Assembly (NCBI GenBank): GCA_964016885.1
Contig: OZ024743.1
Coordinates: 176,514,001 to 176,578,000 of the forward strand
Length of the DNA stretch: 64,000 nt
Origin: Eledone cirrhosa
Taxonomy: Eukaryota
Direction: 5' to 3'
In this document: positions 13,396 to 26,376 of the stretch, one piece after another
Layout: each line of letters starts with the position of its first letter
How positions within the stretch are numbered: position 1 is the stretch's first letter
Notes under the pieces: generated by a model
Database searches by the model: none
Told to the model about the DNA's origin: nothing
Seen by the model: the letters and a program-made list of their open reading frames with translations, nothing else
Translations under genes and position numbers: made by a program

Positions 13396-15142
13396 AGTTG
13401 CATTTATCTTGCTTTATGTTCATACGAGTTATCACCAAGTCACAACCAGTGACCTCAAGAGACAACAAGGTCCGCCATGTTCAAGGAAGAACATACATAC
13501 TCACACATGCATCTTTAGTGTTTAGACTTGTGATGTACTTATATTGACAGAATCTTCCTTAGTATATGGGCAGTTCCCATTAGTACTATCTTTTGTATTT
13601 CTCCTATACGCGGGTTTCCTGGGATCTGCGATAAGTAATCATTAGACCCATTAGGTATCATTCCCAGAGCGCCTACAACCACTGGTATTGTTTTAGTTCT
13701 CAATTTCCACATTTTTCCAATTTCTATCTCCAGGTCCTTATACTTGCTCAATTTTTCAAATGTTTTTATAGATACATTCTTGTCTATTGGAACGGACATA
13801 TCAATTAGCAGGCATACCCTCTTTTTAAAGTCCTTCAATATTATATCAGGTCTATTTGCATCTATTTTTCGGTCTGTTTGGATGCTAAAGTTCCACAAGA
13901 TTGAGATGCGATCTTTTTCAAGTATGGGAGGTGGTTGATGCTCCCACCAATTCTTTTGATGGGACAGGTCAAAATGCTTACACATTATCCAATGCATGTA
14001 TTGTGCAGCTCTGTCATGCCTGTTTAGGTATTCGGTTGGAGCTATAGGACTGCACATTGAAATTATATGGTCAATGGTCTCTGGTTGTTTTTTACATACA
14101 CGGCATAATGGGCTGCATCCATTTTTTATTATGTTGGCTTGGGATTTTTTGTTGGCAGACACTGATCTTGTGCCGATATAATCAGTCCTTCAGTCTCCGA
14201 TTTCAGTCCAGAGGATGCCAACCACTGATGGCTTAAAGTTTTGTCAACATCAGGATTGTTAGCTCGTTCTGGGTATTTTCCATACAGAGGCTTTTCTTGC
14301 CATTTCTTAGTCAGTTTCTGTAGCAGTTCTTTCTTTGCAGTTACTTTTACCTGCTTTGCTTTTTCTGTGTTTCCATTTCAGCAGTAAATGGGACTTCTGG
14401 AATGTGTAGTCCATTACTGTATCTTTGTGCATCTTTTGTAATGGAATATGATCTTTTGATGCTTTCGTGTTTCAAAACGAGTTTGATCATCCAATCATGT
14501 GATTCCCTTAGATATGTAGATAAGCCAATTGTTGCAGTTTTCAACGCAATGTCTAACTGGATTAACCCACGTCCCCCTTCTTTCCTAGGGAGATATATTC
14601 TATCTGTATCTGCCTTAGGGTGATGCATTCTGTGCATGGTTAAGAATTTTTGAATTTTTGTATCGAGCCTACGGATCTCTGTGCTTGACCAGTTGATGAC
14701 ATTGTAACTGTAGGTTACTACTGGTATGGCAAGCGTGTTTATGGCATCGATCCTATTCCTTGTATTCAATGCCGTTCTTAAGATTGCTCTTACTCTGCGG
14801 TAACATTCCTTCCTTATCCTTTCCCTCATTGTCGAGTGCTTGATTCCGTCTCCTTCACAAACACCTAGATATTTGTAAGTTTTTTCTTGATCAAGTTCTC
14901 TTATCACATTCCCCCCGATCAAGATTAATGTCTGAACTCTTCAGCAGCTTTCCTCTGGTGAACGTTGCTTTGGCGCATTTATCTAGTCCAAACTCCATTT
15001 TAATGTCATCACTGAACTGCTCCACAGTGGATAATAGCCCTTGCAATTGTTCATCATTTTTTGCAAATAGTTTCAGGTCATCCATGTAGAACAAGTGATT
15101 AATAGTTTTGTCATAGACTTTATATCCATGTTTTGTTTCATT
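13395..15142 (-). mobile_element. 5'-truncated R4/Dong-clade element, second family, copy A
   Basis: FYMDDLKLF, YKYLGV, CRVC..ETIDHIISMC, RHD, RPDI..IDMSVP..K..KY; (TTA)n on both sides. Confidence 0.92.
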
Positions 15143-15163
15143 TTATTATTATTATTATTATTA

Positions 15164-16919
15164 CAGTTGCATTTATCTTGCTTTATGTTCATACGAGTTA
15201 TCACCAAGTCACAACCAGTGACCTCAAGAGACAACAAGGTCCGCCATGTTCAAGAAAGAACATACATATTCACACATGCATCTTTAGTGTTTAGACTTGT
15301 GATGTACTTATATTGACAGAATCTTCCTTAGTATATGGGCAGTTCCCATTAGTACTATCTTTTGTATTTCTCCTATACGCGGGTTTCCTGGGATTTGCGA
15401 TAAGTAATCATTAGCCCCCTTAGGTATAATTCCCAGAGCGCCTACAACCACTGGTATTGATTTAGTTCTCAATTTCCACATTTTTCCAATTTCTATCTCC
15501 AGGTCCTTATACTTGCTCAATTTTTCAAATGTTTTTATATTTTATAGATACATTCTTGTCTATTGGAACAGACATATCAATTAGCAGGCATACCCTCTTT
15601 TGAAAGTCTTTCAATATTATATCAGGTCTGTTTGCATCTATTTTTTGGTCTGTTTGGATGCTAAAGTTCCACAAGATTGAGATGTGATCTTTTTCAAGTA
15701 TGGGAGGTGGTTGATGCTCCCACCAATTCTTTTGATGGGGCAGGTCAAAATGCTTACACATTATCCAATGTATGTATTGTGCAGCTCTGTCATGCCTGTT
15801 TAGGTATTCGGTTGGAGCTATAGGACTGCACATTGAAATTATATGGTCAATGGTCTCTGGTTGTTTTTTGCATACACGGCATAATGGGCTGCATCCATTT
15901 TTTATTATGTTGGCTTGGTAAATTTTGTTGGCAGACACTGATCTTGTGCCGATATAATCAGTCCTTCAGTCTCCGATTTCAGTCCAGAGGATGCCAACCA
16001 CTGATGGGTTAAAGTTTTGTCAACATCAGGATTGTTATCTCGCTCTGGGTATTTTCCATAGAGAGGCTTTTCTTGCCATTTCTTAGCCAGTTTCTGTAGC
16101 AGTTCTTTCTTTGCAGTTACTTTTACCTGCTTTGCTTTTTCTGTGTTTTCCATTTCAGCAGTAAATGGGACTTCTGAAATTTGTAGTCCATTACTGTATC
16201 TTTGTGCATCTTTTGTAATGGAATATGATCTTTTGATGCTTTCGTGTTTCAAAACGAGTTTGATCATCCAATCATGTGATTCCCTTAGATATGTAGATAA
16301 GCCAATTGTTGCAGTTTTCAACGCAATGTCTAACTGGATTAACCCACGTCCCCCTTCTTTCCTAGGGAGATATATTCTATCTGTATCTGCCTTAGGGTGA
16401 TGCATTCTGTGCATGGTTAAGAATTTTTGAATTTTTGTATCGAGCCTACGGATCTCTGTGCTTGACCAGTTGATGACATTGTAACTGTAGGTTACTACTG
16501 GTATGGCAAGCGTGTTTATGGCATCGATCCTATTCCTTGTATTCAATGCCGTTCTTAAGATTGCTCTTACTCTGCGGTAACATTCCTTCCTTATCCTTTC
16601 CCTCATTGTCGAGTGCTTGATTCCGTCTCCTTCACAAACACCTAGATATTTGTAAGTTTTTTCTTGATCAAGTTCTCTTATCACATTCCCCCCGATCAAG
16701 ATTAATGTCTGAACTCTTCAGCAGCTTTCCTCTGGTGAACGTTGCTTTGGCGCATTTATCTAGTCCAAACTCCATTTTAATGTCATCACTGAACTGCTCC
16801 ACAGTGGATAATAGCCCTTGCAATTGTTCATCATTTTTTGCAAATAGTTTCAGGTCATCCATGTAGAACAAGTGATTAATAGTTTTGTCATAGACTTTAT
16901 ATCCATGTTTTGTTTCATT
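15164..16919 (-). mobile_element. 5'-truncated R4/Dong-clade element, copy B (chimeric)
   Basis: Near-identical to A and C; same 5' truncation point as A; (TTA)n spacers. Confidence 0.92.
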
Positions 16920-16940
16920 TTATTATTATTATTATTATTA

Positions 16941-18968
16941 CAGTTGCATTTATCTTGCTTTATGTTCATACGAGTTATCACCAAGTCACAACCAGTGACC
17001 TCAAGAGACAACAAGGTCCGCCATGTTCAAGAAAGAACATACATACTCACACATGCATCTTTAGTGTTTAGACTTGTGATGTACTTATATTGACAGAATC
17101 TTCCTTAGTATATGGGCAGTTCCCATTAGTACTATCTTTTGTATTTCTCCTATACGCGGGTTTCCTGGGATTTGCGATAAGTAATCATTAGACCCCTTAG
17201 GTATCATTCCCAGCGCACCTACAACCACTGGTATTGATTTAGTTCTCAATTTCCACATTTTTCCAATTTCTATCTCCAGGTCCTTATACTTGCTCAATTT
17301 TTCAAATGTTTTTATATTTTATAGATACATTCTTGCCTATTGGAACAGACATATCAATTAGCAGGCATACCCTCTTTTGAAAGTCTTTCAATATTATATC
17401 AGGTCTGTTTGCATCTATTTTTCGGTCTGTTTGGATGCTAAAGTTCCACAAGATTAAGATGTGATCTTTTTCAAGTATGGGAGGTGGTTGATGCTCCCAC
17501 CAATTCTTTTGATGGGGCAGGTCAAAATGCTTACACATTATCCAATGTATGTATTGTGCAGCTCTGTCATGCCTGTTTAGGTATTCGGTTGGAGCTATAG
17601 GACTGCACATTGAAATTATATGGTCAATGGTCTCTGGTTGTTTTTTGCATACACGGCATAATGGGCTGCATCCATTTTTTATTATGTTGGCTTGGTAATT
17701 TTTTGTTGGCAGACACTGATCTTGTGCCGATATAATCAGTCCTTCAGTCTCCGATTTCAGTCCAGAGGATGCCAACCACTGATGGGTTAAAGTTTTGTCA
17801 ACATCAGGATTGTTATCTCGCTCTGGGTATTTTCCATAGAGAGGCTTTTCTTGCCATTTCTTAGCCAGTTTCTGTAGCAGTTCTTTCTTTGCAGTTACTT
17901 TTACCTGCTTTGCTTTTTCTGTGTTTTCCATTTCAGCAGTAAATGGGACTTCTGAAATTTGTAGTCCATTACTGTATCTTTGTGCATCTTTTGTAATGGA
18001 ATATGATCTTTTGATGCTTTCGTGTTTCAAACGAGTTTGATCATCCAATCATGTGATTCCCTTAGATATGTAGATAAGCCAATTGTTGCAGTTTTCAACG
18101 CAATGTCTAACTGGATTAACCCACGTCCTCCTTCTTTCCTAGGGAGATATATTCTATCTATATCTGCCTTAGGGTGATGCATTCTGTGCATGGTTAAGAA
18201 TTTTCGAATTTTTGTATCGAGCCTACGGATCTCTGTGCTTGACCAGTTGATGACATTGTTACTGTAGGTTACTACTGGTATGGCAAGCGTGTTTATGGCA
18301 TCGATCCTATTCCTTGCATTCAATTCCGTTCTTAAGATTGCTCTTACTCTGCGGTAACATTCCTTCCTTATCCTTTCCCTCATTGTCGAGTGCTTGATTC
18401 CGTCTCCTTCACAAACACCTAGATATTTGTAAGTTTTTTCTTGATCAAGTTCTCCTATCACGTTCCCCCGATCAAGATTAATGTCTGAACTCTTCAGCAG
18501 CTTTCCTCTGGTGAACGTTGCTTTGGCGCATTTATCTAGTCCAAACTCCATTTTAATGTCATCACTGAACTGCTTCACAGTGGATAATAGCCCTTGCAAT
18601 TGTTCATCATTTTTTGCAAATAGTTTCAGGTCATCCATGTAGAACAGGTGATTAATGGTTTTGACATAGACTTTATATCCATGTTTTGTTTCATTGAGCA
18701 TTTTACTTAATGGTATAAGTGCGATGCAGAATAAAAGCGGTGATAAAGAGTCACCCTGAAAAATTCCACAATTAATATTAACTTCTCCAGCTTCCAGTGA
18801 TTTTGTTTCACTATTCAAAAGGAGTGTCGTTTTCCATGTCTTCATACTGAATGACAAAAACCTCCTGACAACGGGGCATATTTTGAAAATATCTAACCAT
18901 TTTTCAATCCAACTGTGTGGCAAACTATCGAATGCTTTTTTATAATCTATCCAAGCAATCGATAGATC

Positions 18969-18970
<2 letters not shown>
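16941..18970 (-). mobile_element. 5'-truncated R4/Dong-clade element, copy C
   Basis: Extends further 5' ([28 protein letters not shown]); followed by (TTA)n at 18970-19010. Confidence 0.92.
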
Positions 18971-19010
<40 letters not shown>

Positions 19011-19857
19011 GTTGTTGTTGTTGTTTATTGGCTCCGACCTTACTATTTAATCATTAAACACAGTCAAAAATGACTTGCAAATGCTGGAAACACTTATCTT
19101 GTGGACTGCTATAAAAATGCTATTATACATCCTACATTGTATTATTAATAGGACCTTATCGCGAAATAATCTCAAAGCCTACATGATATTTTCTAGTTTA
19201 TATCGAATCTATATGTTCTCTATTATATTGGAAGTCTGCATGCTTCTTTATTGTAACGAAACTTATTAATCAGAATGTTTTTAATGCTCTTTTCAGCAGA
19301 TGCCCTACTCTTTGGTCAGTAGAATTTGCATCCAACATTTTTCAAGCTCCTCTTTCATATATTTTACTAGCGGATTTATATCGAATTGAAAACAAATAAA
19401 GCACAAATTATTTCCTTTTCTTTATTCATATAGCATACACATTTACCAATTACCTTAAGATTTTAGAACTTATTCTTCATAAGAAATTGTAAATTCTGAG
19501 TTGTTTTCAGTAGTGCTTCCTTACGTGAATTTTGTACGTGACCTGAAGCCATTTATAAATATCGGATTTAACTCCGAATACATATTTATACATAACCCAT
19601 GAGTTATTGTTACTGAAGTTATGTCTTTCTAGCCGTCAACATAATGAAAAGGAATTCTATTATTCACAATTTTGTTTATAATTTAATCAGTAGGTTTAAG
19701 AAACTAACTTTCCGTGGTTTAAAAAGAAGACCTAAGCAGATTATGATGAAACGTAAAGACAATGAAACAACACACAATGATCAACATTCGAAGTTGCCGA
19801 GCAAAAATCACCTGCCATGACTAAACATACGTGAATATGACTATATGTATATTTATA

Positions 19858-20165
19858 GTGAAGGCGCGTTGATTTAGGTGTTATGGTGTTTGGCTCAATC
19901 ATAAGGACCTGAGGTTGATTTCCAGGGGTGCATTGCAGTCTTGAGCAAGATATTGTATTTTAGGTTGCTCCAGCTGTACAACTAATTAAAAGAGCAAGCC
20001 TTGTTACTCTAAATCTCCACAAGAACTATTTCAAGAATGATCATGACTATGGAAGGCTCAGCCACTTACACGTAAGTTTCACGAATATGGTGTTATATTG
20101 GTCGAATCGATTGGAACATTTTGTTTTCGGAAACAATGAAGGTCACACACAATTCATATTTATCA
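19858..20165 (+). mobile_element. Old degenerate tRNA-derived SINE (second family)
   Basis: Decayed A/B-box head followed by TCTTGAGCAAGATATTGTATTTTAGGTTGCTCCAG, resembling a CORE-like SINE segment. Confidence 0.4.
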
Positions 20166-20225
20166 TAAACCACGTTGTATTGGTACTGCGATACACACGA
20201 TGTATTGACGAATTTTCAAAATCGA

Positions 20226-23200
20226 ATGGTATGGTATGGTATGTTATGGTGTGGTATGGTATGCTATGATATGCTATGGTGTGGTGTGGTATGGTATGGT
20301 ATGGTATGGTGTGGTATGGTATGCTATGATATGTTATGGTGTGGTGTCGTATGGTATGGTATGGTATGGTATGGTATGGTGTGGTATGGTATGCTATGAT
20401 ATGCTATGGTGTGCTGTGGTATGGTATGGTATGGTATGGTATGGTATGGTATGGTATGGTATGGTATGGTATGTTATGGTGTGGTATGGTATGCTATGAT
20501 ATACTATGGTGTGGTATGGTGTGGTATGGTATGGTGTGGTATGGTATGCTATGATATGCTATGGTGTGGTGTGGTATGGTATGGTATGGTATGTTATGGT
20601 GTGGTATGGTATGGTATGGTGTGGTATGGTATGCTATGATATGTTATGGTGTAGTGTGGTATGGTATGGTATGGTATGTTATGGTGTGGTATGGTATGCT
20701 ATGATATGCTATGGTGTGGTGTGGTATGGTATGGTATGGTATTATATGGTATGGTATGCTATGATATGTTATGGTGTGGTGTGGTATGGTATGGTATGGT
20801 ATTATGTGGTATGGTATGCTATGATATGTTATGGTGTGGTATGGTATGTTGTGGTATGGTATGGTATGTTGTGGTGTGGTATGGTATGTTGTGGTATGGT
20901 ATGTTGTGGTGTGGTATGGTATGATATGTTGTGGTGTGGTATGGTATGATATGCTGTGGTATGGTATGGTATGGTGTGGTGTGGTATGGATTGTTGTGGT
21001 GTGGTATGGTATGGTATGTTGTGGTATGGTATGATATGTTGTGGTGTGGTATGGCATGGTATGTTGTGGTGTGGTATGGTATGGTATGTTGTGGTGTGGT
21101 ATGATATGTTGTGGTGTGGTATGGTATGGTATGTTGTGGTGTGGTATGCTATGCTATGTTGTGGTATGGTATGGTATGTTGTGGTGTGGTATGGTATGAT
21201 ATGTTGTTGTGTGGTATGGTATGATATGTTGTTGTATGGTATGATATGTTGTGGTGTGGTATGGTATGGTATGTTGTGGTGTGGTATGGTATGGTATGTT
21301 GTGGTGTGGTATGGTATGGTATGTTGTGGTGTGGTATGGTATGGTATGTTGTGGTATGGTATGGTATGTTGTGGTGTGGTGTGGTATGGTATGGTATGTT
21401 GTGGTGTGGTGTGGTATGGTATGGTATGTTGTGGTGTGGTGTGGTGTGGTATGGTATGTTGTGGTGTGGTATGGTATGATATGTTGTGGTGTGGTATGGT
21501 ATGATATGCTGTGGTATGGTATGGTATGGTGTGGTGTGGTATGGATTGTTGTGGTGTGGTATGGTATGGTATGTTGTGGTATGGTATGATATGTTGTGGT
21601 GTGGTATGGCATGGTATGTTGTGGTGTGGTATGGTATGGTATGTTGTGGTATGGTATGGTATGTTGTGGTGTGGTATGGTATGTTGTGGTATGGTATGAT
21701 ATGTTGTGGTGTGGTATGTTGTGGTGTGGTATGGTATGGTATGTTGTGGTGTGGTATGGTATGATATGTTGTGGTATGGTATGGTATGATATGTTGTGGT
21801 ATGGTATGGTATGGTATGTTGTGGTGTGGTATGGTATGATATGTTGTGGTGTGGTATGGTATGATATGTTGTGGTATGGTATGGTATGATATGCTGTGGT
21901 ATGGTATGGTATGTTGTGGTGTGGTATGGTATGTTGTGGTGTGGTATGGTATGTTGTGGTATGGTATGGTATGATATGTTGTGGTGTGGTATGGTATGGT
22001 ATGTTGTGGTGTGGTATGGTATGGTATGTTGTGGTATGGTATGGTATGGTATGTTGTGGTGTGGTATGGTATGATATGTTGTGGTGTGGTATGGTATGGT
22101 ATGTTGTTGTATGGTATGATATGTTGTGGTGTGGTATGGTATGGTATGTTGTGGTGTGGTATGGTATGGTATGTTGTGGTGTGGTATGGTATGGTATGTT
22201 GTGGTGTGGTATGGTATGGTATGTTGTGGTATGGTATGGTATGATATGTTGTGGTGTGGTATGGTATGGTATGTTGTGGTGTGGTGTGGTATGGTATGAT
22301 ATGTTGTGGTGTGGTATGGTATGGTATCTTGTGGTATGGTATGGTATGGTATGTTGTGGTATGGTATGGTATGGTATGTTGTGGTATGGTATGGTATGGT
22401 ATGTTGTGGTGTGGTATGGTATGATATGTTGTGGTGTGGTATGGTATGGTATGTTGTTGTATGGTATGATATGTTGTGGTGTGGTATGGTATGGTATGTT
22501 GTGGTGTGGTATGGTATGGTATGTTGTGGTGTGGTATGGTATGGTATGTTGTGGTGTGGTATGGTATGGTATGTTGTGGTATGGTATGGTATGATATGTT
22601 GTGGTGTGGTATGGTATGGTATGTTGTGGTGTGGTGTGGTATGGTATGATATGTTGTGGTGTGGTATGGTATGGTATCTTGTGGTATGGTATGGTATGGT
22701 ATGTTGTGGTATGGTATGGTATGATATGTTGTGGTGTGGTATGTTTTGGTATGTTGTGGTGTGGTATGGTATGATATGCTGTAGTATGGTATGGTATGGT
22801 ATGGTATGGTATGGTATGGTATGTTGTGGTATGGTATGGTAAGGTATCTTGTGGTATGGTATGGTATGGTATGGTATATTGTGGTATGGTATGGTATGTT
22901 GTGGTATGGTATGGTATGATATGTTGTGGTGTGGTATGGTATGTTGTGGTGTGGTATAGTATGGTATGTTGTGGCATGGTATGGTATGATATGTTGTGGT
23001 GTGGTATGGTATGATATGTTGTGGTATGGTATGGTATGGTATGTTGTGGTGTGGTATGATATGTTGTGGTATGGTATGGTATGTTGTGGTGTGGTATGGT
23101 ATTTTGTGGTATGGTATGGTATGTTGTGGTGTGGTATGGTATGTTATGGTATGGTATAGTATGGTATAGAATGGTATGGTATGTTGTGTGTATGGTATGT

Positions 23201-24220
23201 TGTGGTGTGGTATGGTATGGTATGATATGTTATGGTGTTGTATGGTATGATATGTTGTGGTGTGGTATGATATGTTGTGGTGTGGTATGGTATGGTATGT
23301 TGTGGTATGGTATGGTATGTTGTGGTAGGGTATGGTATGGTATGGTATGTTGTGGTGTGGTATGGTATGGTATGTTGTGGTGTGGTATGGTATGATATGT
23401 TGTTGTGTGGTATGGTATGATATGTTGTGGTATGGTATGGTATGATATGTTGTGGTATGGTATGGTATGTTGTGGTGTGGTATGGTATGATATGTTGTGG
23501 TGTGGTATGGTATGATATGTTGTGGTGTGGCATGGTATGATATGTTGAGGTATGGTATGGTATGTTGTGTTGTGGTATGGTATGTTGTGGTGTGGTATGG
23601 TATGATATGTTGTGGTGTGGTGTGGTATGATATGTTGTGGTATGGTATGGTATGTTGTGGTGTGGTATGGTATGGTATGTTGTGGTGTGGTATGGTATGA
23701 TATGTTGTGGTGTGGTATGGTATGATATGCTGTGGTATGGTATGGTATGTTGTGGTGTGGTATGGTATGTTGTGGTATGGTATGGTATGTTGTGGTATGG
23801 TATGGTATGATATGTTGTGGTGTGGTATGGTATGGTATGTTGTGGTATGGTATGGTATGGTATGTTGTGGTGTGGTATGGTATGGTATGTTGTGGTGTGG
23901 TATGGTATGATATGTTGTGGTGTGGTATGGTATGATATGTTGTGGTATGGTATGGTATGATATGCTGTGGTATGGTATGGTATGTTGTGGTGTGGTATGG
24001 TATGGTATGTTGTGGTATGATATGTTGTGGTGTGGTATGGTATGGTATGGTATGTTGTAGTGTGGTATGGTATGGTATGTTGTGGTATGGTATGGTATGG
24101 TATGTTGTGGTGTGGTATGGTATGAGATGTTGTGGTGTGGTATGGTATGGTATGTTGTGGTATGGTATGATATGTTGTGGTATGGTATGGTATGGTATGT
24201 TGTGGTGTGGTATGGTATGA
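20226..24220. repeat. About 4-kb pentamer satellite (ATGGT/GTGGT/ATGTT/ATGAT variants)
   Basis: Directly visible 5-bp periodicity, one phase shift near 23186-23191; internal duplications of 555 and 350 bp. Confidence 0.97.
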
Positions 24221-24277
24221 TATTTGTGTGTTTGTGTGGTGTTTGTACGTGCATGTGTGTCTATTTGTGTGTCCGTA

Positions 24278-24344
<67 letters not shown>

Positions 24345-24651
24345 ATAACTCCAATATAAATATACTTAGCATTACTAAAAACGCAGATCATTTACATATT
24401 GAAATGTTTGTCAATGCTCTGATAGAGCCAGCCAATTTTTATACATTTTGTTTATTTTACTAGGTTCTTTATAAATCCTTTACACATGCAATACTGCTTG
24501 TTGCCCAGAGAAGATTTGATTCAACATTATACACAGACACACGCACACCCACACACTCACACACCCACACATATATATATATATATACACACTTATATGC
24601 ATATATATATGTGTGTATGTATACCTATATACATACATATATATATATACA

Positions 24652-24700
<49 letters not shown>

Positions 24701-24726
24701 ATATATATATATATATATATATATAT

Positions 24727-24763
<37 letters not shown>

Positions 24764-24829
24764 GAAGAGAGAAGAAACATTTAGATATAATTAGTAATAA
24801 AATGTATCATACCTAAACTGCTCCTAAAT

Positions 24830-24919
24830 TCCTCGACTACGTAGTTTCGTGGCATAAACAAAAACAATATATCATAAAGATATAGAGTCCTTGCGAGGTC
24901 TGCCGACTTATCAAGAGGA
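24830..24919 (-). ncRNA. Type I hammerhead ribozyme, U3-A8 variant (unit 1)
   Basis: TCCTC-TTGATAA-GTcGGCA...TGCCAC-GAAAC TACGTA GTC|GAGGA. Confidence 0.85.
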
Positions 24920-25424
24920 TACCTCATTTTACTAGTCTCAAGAACGCGTCTACACGACGTGAGAAAGAATCCCAAAAGGCGGAGGGGGAGATAGTCACGC
25001 GATATAACGGTCGAGAAACAGAGCTAAGCCTCTTATAACCCCGAAGAAAATACCACGGAGGCGGAGGGGGTATTTATATCGAGGCCGTAGAAGAGGTGGT
25101 GAAGAAGGCGAGAAGTATGAGTAATGGAAGCCTTCCAGCTGTCCCCACACTTCAAAGATTGCTCGACCAGAGGGAGTTATTAACAATATAATTAGAAACA
25201 CACAGATACATGCGGACACACACATATATACATGAATGCATCCGCACCCAACTGTGAGTTAAGGGTGCCAACTTCACCGATGTTGCTCAATGAATGACTG
25301 GGACAGACCAATTCAGTTGAACTAGACTGAACCAGTATCAGAGTTAAAAATACATTATGAAGAGAGAAGAAACATTTAGATATAATTAGTAATAAAATGT
25401 ATCATACCTAAACTGCTCCTAAAT

Positions 25425-25514
25425 TCCTCGACTACGTAGTTTCGTGGCATAAACAAAAACAATATATCATAAAGATATAGAGTCCTTGCGAGGTCTGCCG
25501 ACTTATCAAGAGGA
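25425..25514 (-). ncRNA. Type I hammerhead ribozyme, U3-A8 variant (unit 2)
   Basis: Same sequence as 24830-24919, offset 595. Confidence 0.85.
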
Positions 25515-26019
25515 TACCTCATTTTACTAGTCTCAAGAACGCGTCTACACGACGTGAGAAAGAATCCCAAAAGGCGGAGGGGGAGATAGTCACGCGATAT
25601 AACGGTCGAGAAACAGAGCTAAGCCTCTTATAACCCCGAAGAAAATACCACGGAGGCGGAGGGGGTATTTATATCGAGGCCGTAGAAGAGGTGGTGAAGA
25701 AGGCGAGAAGTATGAGTAATGGAAGCCTTCCAGCTGTCCCCACACTTCAAAGATTGCTCGACCAGAGGGAGTTATTAACAATATAATTAGAAACACACAG
25801 ATACATGCGGACACACACATATATACATGAATGCATCCGCACCCAACTGTGAGTTAAGGGTGCCAACTTCACCGATGTTGCTCAATGAATGACTGGGACA
25901 GACCAATTCAGTTGAACTAGACTGAACCAGTGTCAGAGTTAAAAATACATTATGAAGAGAGAAGAAACATTTAGATATAATTAGTAATAAAATTTATCAT
26001 ACCTAAACTGCTCCTAAAT

Positions 26020-26109
26020 TCCTCGACTACGTAGTTTCGTGGCATAAACAAAAACAATATATCATAAAGATATAGAGTCCTTGCGAGGTCTGCCGACTTA
26101 TCAAGAGGA
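26020..26109 (-). ncRNA. Type I hammerhead ribozyme, U3-A8 variant (unit 3)
   Basis: Same sequence as 24830-24919, offset 1190. Confidence 0.85.
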
Positions 26110-26345
26110 TACCTCATTTTACTAGTCTCAAGAACGCGTCTACACGACGTGAGAAAGAATCCCAAAAGGCGGAGGGGGAGATAGTCACGCGATATAACGG
26201 TCGAGAAACAGAGCTAAGCCTCTTATAACCCCGAAGAAAATACCACGGAGGCGGAGGGGGTATTTATATCGAGGCCGTAGAAGAGGTGGTGAAGAAGGCG
26301 AGAAGTATGAGTAATGGAAGCCTTCCAGCTGTATCTGTGTGTTTC

Positions 26346-26376
<31 letters not shown>

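Larger units (their letters stand above)
24761..26354 (-). mobile_element. 595-bp tandem repeat (about 2.6 units), non-coding, retrozyme-like
   Basis: Units start at 24761, 25356 and 25951, almost identical; (TA)n on both sides; terminal 24-bp inversion at 26331-26354; one hammerhead per unit. Confidence 0.85.

Noticed and set aside
20829-24254. 1141-aa His/Thr/Pro/Tyr-rich ORF and overlapping VWYG ORFs
   Set aside because: Translation of a pentamer satellite that is open in several frames; no evidence of coding.
24781-26165. Repeated 64-aa and 76-aa ORFs in the 595-bp unit
   Set aside because: Short, non-ATG starts, no recognisable domain; recurrence only reflects the tandem repeat.
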